Program-made: the position numbers and the translations under genes
Part shown: piece by piece, positions 10,340 through 19,535 of the stretch
Position numbering within the stretch: the first letter of the stretch is position 1
Layout: every line of letters begins with the position of its first letter
Notes under the pieces: generated by a model
Seen by the model: only the letters and a program-made list of their open reading frames with translations
Databases searched by the model: none
Told to the model about the DNA's origin: nothing
Source: an uncultured Acidobacteriota bacterium
GTDB taxonomy: Bacteria > Acidobacteriota > UBA6911 > RPQK01 > JAPXNP01
Length of the DNA: 64,000 nt
Direction of reading: 5' to 3'
Assembly: GCA_963777605.1 (NCBI GenBank)
Contig: CAVZRV010000011.1
Location: 128,001-192,000 of the forward strand

Positions 10340-11296
10340 TTACGTCCGGCCCAACGATCCGGCCGGCAGTGGCCCGAGGTCACCGACCCGACAGTTGTCC
10401 TCAACCTGGGCAATCGTACGCCCGCCCGGGATCACGGTGTGGCAGGCGGGGTGCGTGATCGTGAAGCGCAGGCTGACCTGGGCCCTGGTCTGATCCGGAA
10501 AAGACGAGTAGAGACCTTCAAATGACTCCAACCGCTCCAGGTATCCGGTCAACTTCGCCGGGGAAAGGTTGAAGCTGCGGTGGTCGTCTTCATTGAACCG
10601 GCTCGACCGGTTGAATTTCCCGGTAAGGAGACCGAACAGGAGCGGGATACGAACGATGATCCCGATACCGAGACGCTCCGTCAGGGGGAAAAGCTCAGTC
10701 TCAGCATTCCTCTCGAGCAGGTTGTACCGCACCTGGAGGCAGTCGAGCAGGTCCTGATATTGCTTTACGTACTTGAGGTGGGTAGTTTCTTTGAAGGACT
10801 TGATGCTCCAACCCGCGAAACGGATTTTCCCTTCCTTTTTGAGCTGGTAAAGCGCCTCCCAGGGCTCTTCCGACTCCAGCTGTGCGGTGTCCAGACTATG
10901 TAACTGGAGGATGTCCAGGCAACCCCTGCGGAGCCTGCGCAAGCTCTTTTCGACAGCGGAAACCAGGTACTCCCTGCCGCCGTTGAGGCGGATCGGCCCG
11001 TATCCCGCGTCGTCCTCGGGAGTGGCGTTGTAAAAGTCGTTGCCAGCCTTGGTCGCCACCACGACATCGTCACCCCCAACGTCCGACAGCACCTCTGCGA
11101 TCAACTCTTCAGAATGGCCGTAGCCGTATACATCGGCCGTGTCAATCAAGGTCACGCCCAGTTCAAGCGCCCTTCGCAGCGTCTGCTTCGATTCCCGGTC
11201 GTCAGTCGGCCCCCAGTTCACCCCTCCGATAGCCCATGCGCCGAATCCGACCCGGGACACCCGGGGACCTTTTCTGCCCAGTTGGATATAGTCCAC
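10340..11296 (-). CDS. Aldo/keto reductase
   Basis: GFGAWAIGG, DTADVYG.GHSE, ATK, SLRRL....DILQLH, YNLLER and IPG motifs. Confidence 0.9.
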   Translation of the reverse strand: MDYIQLGRKGPRVSRVGFGAWAIGGVNWGPTDDRESKQTLRRALELGVTLIDTADVYGYGHSEELIAEVLSDVGGDDVVVATKAGNDFYNATPEDDAGYGPIRLNGGREYLVSAVEKSLRRLRRGCLDILQLHSLDTAQLESEEPWEALYQLKKEGKIRFAGWSIKSFKETTHLKYVKQYQDLLDCLQVRYNLLERNAETELFPLTERLGIGIIVRIPLLFGLLTGKFNRSSRFNEDDHRSFNLSPAKLTGYLERLESFEGLYSSFPDQTRAQVSLRFTITHPACHTVIPGGRTIAQVEDNCRVGDLGPLPAGSLGRT

Positions 11297-11299
11297 GAA

Positions 11300-11707
11300 T
11301 CACTTCCCGTCGGTTTCAGGGCATCCGGCCCGCGTGACCCGAACACGACAGGTGGCAATCACCTCGTGATTCGACGAGTCAAGAAGGTAGAACACCATGC
11401 GGTCTTTCACCCAGTCCTTGGTTTCCGCCGATCCTTCCGATTCACCTTCGGCGAAGAGAGCTCCGTCAGGGCTGTTGACGTGGATCTCCACCGAGGAGAC
11501 CTCTGGAACCTTCCAGTAAACGGTCGTCCGACCCAAGTCGTCGTCGCATGACTGGATTACGTTGGGATCCGCCCAGAACACGTCGGGGCGATCGATCAGG
11601 ACTCGGGTTTCCGACGATTCGTCACCCCCGCCCAGGCTCGGCTGGGAACAGCCAACCAGAACCGCGATCAGGATTATCAGGGCACCACCGAAAATTCGTC
11701 TCTTCAA
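11300..11707 (-). CDS. Hypothetical lipoprotein
   Basis: KRR followed by a hydrophobic stretch and an LVGC lipobox; small beta-rich domain; stop 3 nt upstream of the AKR start. Confidence 0.6.
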   Translation of the reverse strand: MKRRIFGGALIILIAVLVGCSQPSLGGGDESSETRVLIDRPDVFWADPNVIQSCDDDLGRTTVYWKVPEVSSVEIHVNSPDGALFAEGESEGSAETKDWVKDRMVFYLLDSSNHEVIATCRVRVTRAGCPETDGK

Positions 11708-11825
11708 CTGTCTACCTCCTCAAGCCCGGATTCTAGCACCGCCAAAACCCCGGTTGAAAGGCGCGGCCCGATCCCGAAGTCCCGCGCTTGCCAATCTCCA
11801 GCTTCCAATACTAGGATCGCAGGAA

Positions 11826-13385
11826 ATGAGTAAATGGATCTGGAGATTGGTGATGGTGCTCTCGCTTTGCCTCGTAGCCCTCGCAGTCGCGGTCTGGTAC
11901 CAGGTCAGAGACCGTCATCCCGGGTACGCCCTACGGCTGGAGATCCCGCGCTCTCCCCGGGGTGCCATCCAGGCCGGTTTCGCCGCCTGCGTGATCACAC
12001 CGAAAATCAAGGACCGCTGGATCGATGCCAACGATGACGCGTCCTACCACGAAGCTGACGGGGACACTTTCGTGGACGAGAATGGCAATGGATCATTCGA
12101 TGCCCTGTGGATGGCTGGGTTTCAGAATGCCCGACCGGCCAACGGAATTCACGACGATCTCTGGGCTCGGGCCATGGTTCTGGACGACGGCAACGCCCGG
12201 ATTGCGCTTGTGGCACTCGACGTCATTGGCCTGTTTCACGACGACGTCCTGGATATCCGCGAAGAGATTTCCCGGCACTGCCGGGTTGACTACACCATCG
12301 TCACCAGCACCCACAATCACGAGGCACCCGACCTGCTCGGGCTCTGGGGTCCCAGCTACTTCAAAAGTGGTGTTAACCCGTCGTTCCGCGAACAGGTGAA
12401 ACACGGTGCGGCAATTGCCGTAGTCGAGGCCGTATCGAACCTTCGCCCTGCACGGCTTCGCGTCGTACAGGACCTTGATGCCGCCAAGGACCTGGTTACC
12501 GACACGCGGCCTCCAGAAGTCTACGATCCCGGCCTGCGACTGATCCAGGCAACCGACCCTGGCACGGGTGCTACGCTGGGCGTGCTGGCGGCCTGGGCGA
12601 ACCATCCCGAGACCACCTGGAGCCAAAACCTTCAAATCACCTCCGACTTCCCCCACTTTTTCAGAGAGGGCATCGAAAAAGGCGTTGGTCCGGCGGACAA
12701 TCGCCTGGAGGAGGGGTTAGGCGGCACGGTCGTCTACGTCAACGGAGCGATCGGCGGGTTAATGACCACCTCGCCGTCGGTTTCGGTGGTCGATCCGGTG
12801 ACCGGCGTCCAATACGCTGAGCCCTGTATGGAGAAGGCGCAGGCCGAGGGAAACCAGCTTGCCCTGGTAGCACTGCGGATGCTCAAGAGCAGCACGCCCG
12901 AGGTCATTGAACGGGGAGCGATCGAACTCCAGGCCAGAACCGTACTGGTGCCTCTGCACAACCCGATCTTCCGGTTGGGGGTGATGCTGGGGATCATCAA
13001 CCGCGGCTTTGCCGGCTGGATGCAGCTCCGCACCGAAGTCGCTGCCTGGAAGCTGGGCCCGATCAGTTTCATTTGCGTGCCGGGAGAGGTCTACCCGGAG
13101 ATCGTCGAGGGTGGAATTGAGGCTCCCGAGGGCAGGGATTTCGCCGTCGATCCGGTCGAAGTACCGCCGCTCCGATCCCTTATGCCCGGCAAGTACCGCT
13201 TTGTCCTCGGCCTCGCCAATGACGAGATTGGATACATCATTCCCCGTTCCGAGTGGGATGAAGATCCCCCCTACCTCTACGGTGCTCCGGAAAAACTCTA
13301 CGGGGAAATCACCTCGCTTGGACCGGACACAGCCCCCCTGGTTCACCAGCAGATTCGGGAACTGGTAACCAGGCTGACCCGCTGA
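11826..13385 (+). CDS. Membrane-anchored neutral/alkaline ceramidase-like hydrolase
   Basis: N-terminal TM helix; HDDLWARAMVL, STHNHEAPD, ANHPE, PGEVYPE and GLANDEIGYI resemble the ceramidase N-terminal family. ATG at 11826. Confidence 0.6.
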   Translation: MSKWIWRLVMVLSLCLVALAVAVWYQVRDRHPGYALRLEIPRSPRGAIQAGFAACVITPKIKDRWIDANDDASYHEADGDTFVDENGNGSFDALWMAGFQNARPANGIHDDLWARAMVLDDGNARIALVALDVIGLFHDDVLDIREEISRHCRVDYTIVTSTHNHEAPDLLGLWGPSYFKSGVNPSFREQVKHGAAIAVVEAVSNLRPARLRVVQDLDAAKDLVTDTRPPEVYDPGLRLIQATDPGTGATLGVLAAWANHPETTWSQNLQITSDFPHFFREGIEKGVGPADNRLEEGLGGTVVYVNGAIGGLMTTSPSVSVVDPVTGVQYAEPCMEKAQAEGNQLALVALRMLKSSTPEVIERGAIELQARTVLVPLHNPIFRLGVMLGIINRGFAGWMQLRTEVAAWKLGPISFICVPGEVYPEIVEGGIEAPEGRDFAVDPVEVPPLRSLMPGKYRFVLGLANDEIGYIIPRSEWDEDPPYLYGAPEKLYGEITSLGPDTAPLVHQQIRELVTRLTR

Positions 13386-13387
13386 TC

Positions 13388-13511
13388 CAGTATACTGTGG
13401 GCTGATTTTTGCGGACCGGCGGAACCGCAGGTTGATCGTTCCTCCGAGCGGGTCCGCTTCGGAGAAGGTTGGAAGTTGATCCTTCGATTCCGTCAACTGA
13501 CTGTTGGAAAC
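13388..13511 (+). promoter_or_regulatory. Putative promoter (-10 TATACT) and structured 5' leader of crcB
   Basis: TATACT at 13391-13396 inside the palindrome CAGTATACTG. Several overlapping stems downstream; no match to the canonical fluoride-riboswitch consensus. Confidence 0.4.
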
Positions 13512-13901
13512 ATGTACCGAATACTGCTGATTGCTCTGGCCGGATCTCTCGGCTGTCTTGGAAGGTACTGGCTGGGCGGATGGATCGCCCGCCACTTTGG
13601 GGAGTCATTCCCCTCCGGCACGCTGTTCGTCAACCTGCTGGGATGCTTCCTGATCGGTCTTCTTTACCACCTCCTCGAAGAACGCCTTCTGGTTGACCCG
13701 GCACTCCGTACCGCGATCCTGATCGGGTTTCTCGGAGCCCTGACCACCTTCTCCTCCTATTCTCTCCAGACCATGACACTTCTGCGCGACGGAGAATTCC
13801 TTCTTGCCGGGACCTATGTCGCGGTTTCAAACGTGGCCGGCCTGGCCCTGGTTTGGGGCGGTTACCAGTCGGCCAGAATCTTGATGGATGGGCTGTCATG
13901 A
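13512..13901 (+). CDS. crcB: Fluoride efflux channel CrcB/FluC
   Basis: G.LG..GRY, FPSGTLFVNLLGCFLIG and GFLGALTTFSSY signature motifs; 129 aa. Confidence 0.95.
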   Translation: MYRILLIALAGSLGCLGRYWLGGWIARHFGESFPSGTLFVNLLGCFLIGLLYHLLEERLLVDPALRTAILIGFLGALTTFSSYSLQTMTLLRDGEFLLAGTYVAVSNVAGLALVWGGYQSARILMDGLS

Positions 13902-14275
13902 AGAATTCGGAGACCGGTTACCTGATCCGGGTGTTTGTCGGCGAATCAGATCGGGCCGGACACCTCCCGCTTTATGAAGCGATCGTGAGAAAGGCCCGCG
14001 AATGCGGGTTGGCGGGTGCCACGGTCCTGCGCGGCCTGATGGGCTTTGGGCGCCACTCCGTGCTCCACACTGCCAAGGTCCTGAGGCTATCGGAAGACCT
14101 CCCCATGGTGATCGAGATCGTGGACAGCCGGGACAAGATCGAGGCGTTCCTGCCGGTGCTCGATTCGATGGTCACGGACGGACTGGTCACGCTGGAGAAG
14201 GTCCAGGTTATCCACTACCGGCCCGAACCCGCCCCGGGGGCAGGTGAGACGTTGATCAATCCGGACAACTCATAG
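13898..14275 (+). CDS. DUF190 domain protein (PII-like fold)
   Basis: IRVFVGESD, GLAGATVLRGLMGFG and LSEDLPMVIEIVD; ATGA overlap with the crcB stop. Confidence 0.9.
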   Translation: MKNSETGYLIRVFVGESDRAGHLPLYEAIVRKARECGLAGATVLRGLMGFGRHSVLHTAKVLRLSEDLPMVIEIVDSRDKIEAFLPVLDSMVTDGLVTLEKVQVIHYRPEPAPGAGETLINPDNS

Positions 14276-14327
14276 CCGGCAACCAACGCCGGAGATTCTA
14301 CTTTTTGTGCCCAGGGAGGTTTGAACA

Positions 14328-15122
14328 ATGAAGAGATCGACAGTCACTGCCACGATTGCTTGCACGCTAATGGTTTCGGGAATCCTCAGCGCCGACGCTC
14401 GGCTCAAGATGGAGTCATTCAGCCCCCAGGGCGATCTCGAAGAAACAGGCCTCGTCTATATCCAGGGCGACCGTTTCCTTCGCATGGAACCCGAAATCGA
14501 CGACCAGGGTCGCCCCCAGGACAACTCGATCATCTTCGATGGGGCCACCCAGACCTTCTGGGTGATCGACCATGAAGAGGAAGAGTACCTGCGCCTCGAC
14601 AAGACTGCGGTCGAGAAGATGTCCGGCCAGATCAAGGCGGCTTTGGACCAGATGCGCGATCAACTGGATCAACTTCCCGAAGATCAGCGCAAAATGATGG
14701 AAGAAACCCTTAAATCCCACCTCCCTTCGAAACAGGTGGAATTCACGTCCGAAGTCAAAGAAATCGGGTCAGAAGACGGCATGTCCAAGTACGAAGTCTG
14801 GGTCAACGGCAAGAAGGCCAGCATCGTTTGGACCCGCCCCGCAGCCGAGATTGGGCTTCCCGAGAACGCCATGGAGGTCTTTCGGAAAATGTCGGCCTTC
14901 TACGACGACGTCATGGAATCGCTCTCGGCGACCTTTCCCGACGCCTTCGCAACCGACAATCCGTTCACGAGCATCACGATGATGAAAGGCTTCCCGGTTC
15001 GCATGGAAGATGTCCAGAGCAAGCGGACGACCAAGCTGTCCGTAATCGGGACCGATCCGATCGATCCCTCGATGTTCGCTCCGCCACCCGACTACAAGGA
15101 ACGGAAACTGCAATTCCAGTAG
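14328..15122 (+). CDS. Secreted DUF4412-like protein
   Basis: Signal peptide ending LSA-D; GFPVRM and IDPSMFAPPPDYK C-terminal pattern; GGAGG RBS. Confidence 0.6.
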   Translation: MKRSTVTATIACTLMVSGILSADARLKMESFSPQGDLEETGLVYIQGDRFLRMEPEIDDQGRPQDNSIIFDGATQTFWVIDHEEEEYLRLDKTAVEKMSGQIKAALDQMRDQLDQLPEDQRKMMEETLKSHLPSKQVEFTSEVKEIGSEDGMSKYEVWVNGKKASIVWTRPAAEIGLPENAMEVFRKMSAFYDDVMESLSATFPDAFATDNPFTSITMMKGFPVRMEDVQSKRTTKLSVIGTDPIDPSMFAPPPDYKERKLQFQ

Positions 15123-15176
15123 CAAGTGCTTTCACGCAGTCCCGAACATCACGGTCCGGCAAGACCGGTCCGATGA

Positions 15177-15208
15177 GCCTGACGGGTCCGATCCGTCGGG
15201 CAACTTTT
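15177..15208 (+). terminator. Possible intrinsic terminator between convergent genes
   Basis: Stem GCCTGACGG/CCGTCGGGC (15177-15201) followed by AACTTTT. Confidence 0.35.
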
Positions 15209-16499
15209 ACTTGCTCCGGGATTCCAGGTGCATCCTGGCAAACTTGATGTACTGCTCCCAGTCGTACGTGGTGACGTCGTGGCCCCCGCTTCGGATGTGG
15301 TAGCTGATCGTTCCGATCACCGGATGATCGACCGGAGGCATCTCCTGCGTGTCCAGTCCACCCGCTCCCAGAAGCCGGTAGACCGGATCGGCGTTTTTCG
15401 CGGCGAGGAATTCCCCCCGGGGATCCGCCCAGAGGTCCTCGGCAGCACTCGCAACGTAGAGGGGGCGCGGGGCGATCAGAGCCAGAAGTTCATGCTGATC
15501 GACAGGCAACTGGTCTTCCCGGCCGTTGTACTGCTTGAAATTGGCGCAGAACCAGTAGGGGAACGCAGTATTGATGGCCTCGACCGTCTCGCCGAAGCGA
15601 CGGCGTGAAAGTGCGGCGCCACCACAGCCGGAGTCGTTCGATATCACCATGGCGAAACGCTGGTCCTGCGCCCCGGCCCACAGAGCCGTCTTTCCCAGGC
15701 GGGAGTGTCCCATAACAATCACCCGGCGACGGGCAACGTCGTCGTCCTTCTCGAGGTAATCCATCACCCGGCTCAAACCGTAAGCCCAGGCGCCGATCGA
15801 TCCCCACTGGTCCGAGGCGGGCATGCGCTGGCCCAACAGGAAGAAGTAGCGGTGGATCCCGGCCTTGTATTCGTCGTCGTAGTCCGGGTCAATGTCCCCG
15901 TAGTAGGCTGTGGCCACGCCGAAACCGCTCTTCAGGATCAACTCGAGGGGCCATCGGCCGGCACTCGCTCCGCGTGTCGCTTCGGTAGCCTTGTGATCGC
16001 TGATCCCAAGGGCCTCGTTGTTGCGCACCCACGCGTCGGTAACCGGGACTCCCGGGTCGCTGCTGATCGACTGGTTGCCCTGGAAATTGAGCCCCAGAAA
16101 AACCGGTGCGGGCCCGCTGACCTGGTTCGGAAGGTAGAGAAGCAGGTTCAGAAAAGGCCCTTGATCGCTCCGGGTCAAGCCCACCCGGACCAGCTTGCGG
16201 GTAGCCAGTCCCCCCAGCGCGTTCCGGTCCCGATCGGTCACCTTGTAGGGCAACTCTCGAGCAAGCGGCGGGGCTTCCCCGTAAACCTGAGATCTGAAAA
16301 GCTTAAGAATTTCCGGCCGGCGCTTCTCGAACCAGGTCGCCACGTCCGTAACCGGCGTGCCGTCAGCGAGAACCAGAGGATTCGGCAAGGTGTACTGGGG
16401 AACCTTGCTCTCGTCGTAATTTGGTTGCTTGGTTGCATTTTGGCCCAACCCAACTCCAACCAGCAACAACCCGATCAGTCCCACCCCAAGATTCTTCAC
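15207..16499 (-). CDS. Secreted carbohydrate esterase family 15 (glucuronoyl esterase-like)
   Basis: Signal peptide; NYDESKVPQYTLP, GAWAYGLSRVMDY, catalytic GHSRLGK, SGCGGAALSRR, LPVDQHELLALIAPRP and GGH. Confidence 0.9.
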   Translation of the reverse strand: MKNLGVGLIGLLLVGVGLGQNATKQPNYDESKVPQYTLPNPLVLADGTPVTDVATWFEKRRPEILKLFRSQVYGEAPPLARELPYKVTDRDRNALGGLATRKLVRVGLTRSDQGPFLNLLLYLPNQVSGPAPVFLGLNFQGNQSISSDPGVPVTDAWVRNNEALGISDHKATEATRGASAGRWPLELILKSGFGVATAYYGDIDPDYDDEYKAGIHRYFFLLGQRMPASDQWGSIGAWAYGLSRVMDYLEKDDDVARRRVIVMGHSRLGKTALWAGAQDQRFAMVISNDSGCGGAALSRRRFGETVEAINTAFPYWFCANFKQYNGREDQLPVDQHELLALIAPRPLYVASAAEDLWADPRGEFLAAKNADPVYRLLGAGGLDTQEMPPVDHPVIGTISYHIRSGGHDVTTYDWEQYIKFARMHLESRSK

Positions 16500-16772
16500 A
16501 GCACCCCCCGGAAGTCAGAGAACCCGGCCAGGGGGCGCCCTGGAGAAACTCGGCAGTCATCCCCCGGTTGGCCGACTCAGGCTTGATTTTCCACATTTGT
16601 TTGGACGAGGTAAAGAGAAACGGACCCGGGAGTCGGACCGGCGGGCATCATGGGGTCCCCATTCGTCGATCAGTACTGAAACCTGCAACATTGAACGATG
16701 AGTCCCCCGCCAATGGAACGGGGGACCCTCATAGTTCGCCGAACGGCCTGGCCAATCGACCGGATTCAGATC

Positions 16773-18041
16773 TCAGAAACTGCCGGTAACGCCACGGAAC
16801 CGGTTCTTGGCCTGTTTGGCCAGCCACTTAACTACCCGCATGTCGTCGTAACAGTGCCCGACGATCGAGTTCAGGGTCGAGAAACAGGTCGTGTTGCAGC
16901 TCTTCTTCATTTCGTCGAGCTGCACCAGTTCGAAGCGGTCGGCTTCAATCGTTCCCCAGTTGTAGGTCGCATCGTACATTGGGAAGCACGGGGCCAGCGT
17001 CCCGTCCTCCCGGATAATCAGCGTGTTCTGGCCGGCACGGCAGGGCCACGGCTCCACCTTGCCCCTCATCATGTTTTTCATGTTAAGCAGCTGGTCTATG
17101 GGATTGGCCATCTTGTATCCCGACTGATGCTTCTCCACCAGCCAGTCAATCAAGGCATCGATCTTCGGGTAATCCTCCGGCGTGATGAACGTGCTGTTCC
17201 CGCTCTGGTGCTTGAAGCTGTCGTGCTCCATCATCGGAGACTCGTTGATGTGATAGTCGGTTGCGATCTTGTGCTTGTGCCCGATCTCCGTCAATTCCAT
17301 CACATCGTCCACGTTGATCCGGGTGATATTGATATTCAGAAAGGCCGAGTAGCCGAAATAGCGCTGCATCTCGACCATGTACTCGAAGTTCTCCCAGATC
17401 GGCTTGATCGCCTTGGGCAATTCAGGGCGGTCCTCAACGCTGTCCACGGCGAGGTTGATCACGGCGATGCCGGAATCACCCAGCCGATCCATGACTTTCG
17501 GTCTCAGCAGCCTCCCGTTCGTTGCCAGGTATACGAAAAAGCCTTTCTTGGCGGCGTAATCGGTTACCTTGTGCACGAACGGCCAGCGCACCAGCGGCTC
17601 TCCGCCCATCAGCGCCAGCACGCGGCAACCGATGTCGTCGAGCCAGTCGATCGAACGCTTGGCCGCGTCATCGCTCATCCCCTTGACCTTGTTGTTGTAG
17701 GCCCAGCAGTAATGACAGTCGAGGTTGCACTTGTAGTCGGTGAACAGGTAAGCCACGATTGGCCGCAATTCCTTGGAGTGCCAGCGGGACTTGAAATAGG
17801 GCACTCCCCAGGCTTTCCAGGCTCTCCAGCCGTTGACCTTGTTGTATTCCGAATCGGTCAACCGGTGGAGCTTCGCTTCCGGCCGCTGCGGAAATACCGG
17901 TTCTGGAAGAACCTGCGGGTCCCCTTTCGGTTGGACCTGGTTCCGCCCTTCAGCACTCATCAGTTCATCGTGTACGCTCGTATCCAGTCGAAACAACGGT
18001 TCGTTGGTTGGCTTTGGAGTCGGCGTTTGAAGGCTACTCAC
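16773..18041 (-). CDS. Radical SAM protein with C-terminal Twitch/SPASM-like cysteines; function unknown
   Basis: CNLDCHYC, GGEPL and ATNG; C-terminal Cx17Cx29Cx3Cx10C; AAAGGAG RBS before the GTG start. Confidence 0.85.
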   Translation of the reverse strand: MSSLQTPTPKPTNEPLFRLDTSVHDELMSAEGRNQVQPKGDPQVLPEPVFPQRPEAKLHRLTDSEYNKVNGWRAWKAWGVPYFKSRWHSKELRPIVAYLFTDYKCNLDCHYCWAYNNKVKGMSDDAAKRSIDWLDDIGCRVLALMGGEPLVRWPFVHKVTDYAAKKGFFVYLATNGRLLRPKVMDRLGDSGIAVINLAVDSVEDRPELPKAIKPIWENFEYMVEMQRYFGYSAFLNINITRINVDDVMELTEIGHKHKIATDYHINESPMMEHDSFKHQSGNSTFITPEDYPKIDALIDWLVEKHQSGYKMANPIDQLLNMKNMMRGKVEPWPCRAGQNTLIIREDGTLAPCFPMYDATYNWGTIEADRFELVQLDEMKKSCNTTCFSTLNSIVGHCYDDMRVVKWLAKQAKNRFRGVTGSF

Positions 18042-18308
18042 AGCTTAACTCCTTTCTGAATCGCGAAGAGCCACTTCTGCAACAAGAATCGCCCCCTCTC
18101 CAAGAGCGGTCACGTGACTCACCTGGTTCGGGAACCCGCCAGTTCAGGAGACGGAATATCGTTTGATGACCGCCTTAACGCACATGAAACTGTTCTTCTT
18201 GCCTAAGGGCGTGATTTCTCTTGCGAGCAATTAATACCATCGTAGGGAATTTTCCCTGACCTTACAAGGTCCAAATTCACCTCAGGCCGCCCCGCTTCTC
18301 GATCCATC

Positions 18309-19484
18309 TCAATAATAACGCCCGACCAAAGGGTGATCGACAATGGCCCGTTTCAACTCGAGGGGATCAATCGCGCCCTGCACCCTGTATATTACCCGGC
18401 CGCCGGGCTCGACCAGAACGGTGTAAGGAAGCGCGCCATTCCACGCCGGATCGACCGCCTCGATCAGCGCATACTGATCATCCAGCGCGAACTGAAGATT
18501 GCGTACCGCCGACTCCTTGCTTTCGAGGAACTCGAGAACTTTGTCACGGTTCTCTGGAGCGTCGGCGGAAAGCGACACGAACTCGAAGGCTCGCTCCTTG
18601 TACATGCGGTTGATCTTGATGAATTCCGGATATTCGATGACGCACGGTCCACACCAGGTGGCCCAGACATTGATAAGCCGGAGCTTATCCGTGTCGTTCG
18701 CGAGTAGAGCCCTGACTCCCTCGACGTCAGCCGGCTCGAGAGATACGGTGGCCTCGGACCATTCCTGATCCACTTTCTTCTTCCAATCGCTCTTCCAGGC
18801 CCACTTCGTCGAACAACCGAATGACTTGGTTACCGGGGTCGGTACCGACTGACCCGAAAGCACGGCATCGAGAGCGGCGCGCAGGTCTTCCGCATTCGCC
18901 GTTCCGGGCTTCTCCGAACTGTCCAGCCGGCCGGTGTAGCGGAGAATCCGGTCGCTGTCGAAAACAAAAGCGTGGGGCGTCGCAACGGGCCCGTACTGAA
19001 TCGACATCTCCTGGGTATCGCCATCGTAGAGATACGGGAAGTTGAAGCCGGCGTCGGCCGAACGAATCTGCATCTCCCCGTAGCTGTCGCCCATGTCCGC
19101 GTAACCCAATTCTTCGTAGAGCAAACCCAGAGGAGAGTTCGGTGAAACCGCCACCACCTGCACCCCTCGGGAGCGGTAGTCGTCGGTCAGCCTCCTGATC
19201 CGCTCCTCGTAGGCTTGCGCAGTTGGACAGTGATTGCAGGTGAAGATAATCGTCAGTGCCGGAGAGTCCGCGAAATCAGCCAGGCTGTAGTATCGCCCAT
19301 CGACACCCGGGAGCCAGAAATCAGGAGCTGGAGAACCGATGGCGAGGGTCTCAACACTGGTTTCCGGCACGGGCTGTGGGGCGGGCTTGAACTCGGCAGA
19401 ATCGCGGGAAGAAGTGCAGGAAACAAGCAGAGCCATCAACAGAGAACTGATCCCGATTCCAGTGACTGAGTCTGGTTTCATCAT
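18309..19484 (-). CDS. Lipoprotein with two redoxin (thioredoxin-fold) domains
   Basis: LLVSC lipobox; first domain FTCNHCP...GCS, second domain WATWCGPC (TlpA-like). Confidence 0.8.
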   Translation of the reverse strand: MMKPDSVTGIGISSLLMALLVSCTSSRDSAEFKPAPQPVPETSVETLAIGSPAPDFWLPGVDGRYYSLADFADSPALTIIFTCNHCPTAQAYEERIRRLTDDYRSRGVQVVAVSPNSPLGLLYEELGYADMGDSYGEMQIRSADAGFNFPYLYDGDTQEMSIQYGPVATPHAFVFDSDRILRYTGRLDSSEKPGTANAEDLRAALDAVLSGQSVPTPVTKSFGCSTKWAWKSDWKKKVDQEWSEATVSLEPADVEGVRALLANDTDKLRLINVWATWCGPCVIEYPEFIKINRMYKERAFEFVSLSADAPENRDKVLEFLESKESAVRNLQFALDDQYALIEAVDPAWNGALPYTVLVEPGGRVIYRVQGAIDPLELKRAIVDHPLVGRYY

Positions 19485-19535
19485 ATTGCTCAGCCTATCA
19501 AACTGCACCGTGTCGAGGGAGAGAAAACGGGCCGC

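Noticed and set aside
13400-13511. Canonical fluoride riboswitch upstream of crcB
   Set aside because: The conserved GATGG...TTCGCC and TGATGAC core is not present by eye on either strand; reported as a non-canonical leader instead.
16702-16726. Hairpin GTCCCCCG/CGGGGGAC downstream of the radical SAM gene
   Set aside because: No U-tract on the coding strand, so it cannot be called an intrinsic terminator with confidence.
16698-18059. Long antisense ORFs, e.g. 16698..18059(+), 29854..31338(+) and 50329..51351(+)
   Set aside because: Shadow ORFs opposite well-supported genes, expected in high-GC DNA; no recognisable motifs.
18175-18240. 21-codon minus-strand ORF (MVLIARKRNHALRQEEQFHVR) as a RiPP precursor for the radical SAM enzyme
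   Set aside because: No convincing RBS, no RRE domain, peptidase or transporter nearby, and no precursor-like composition.
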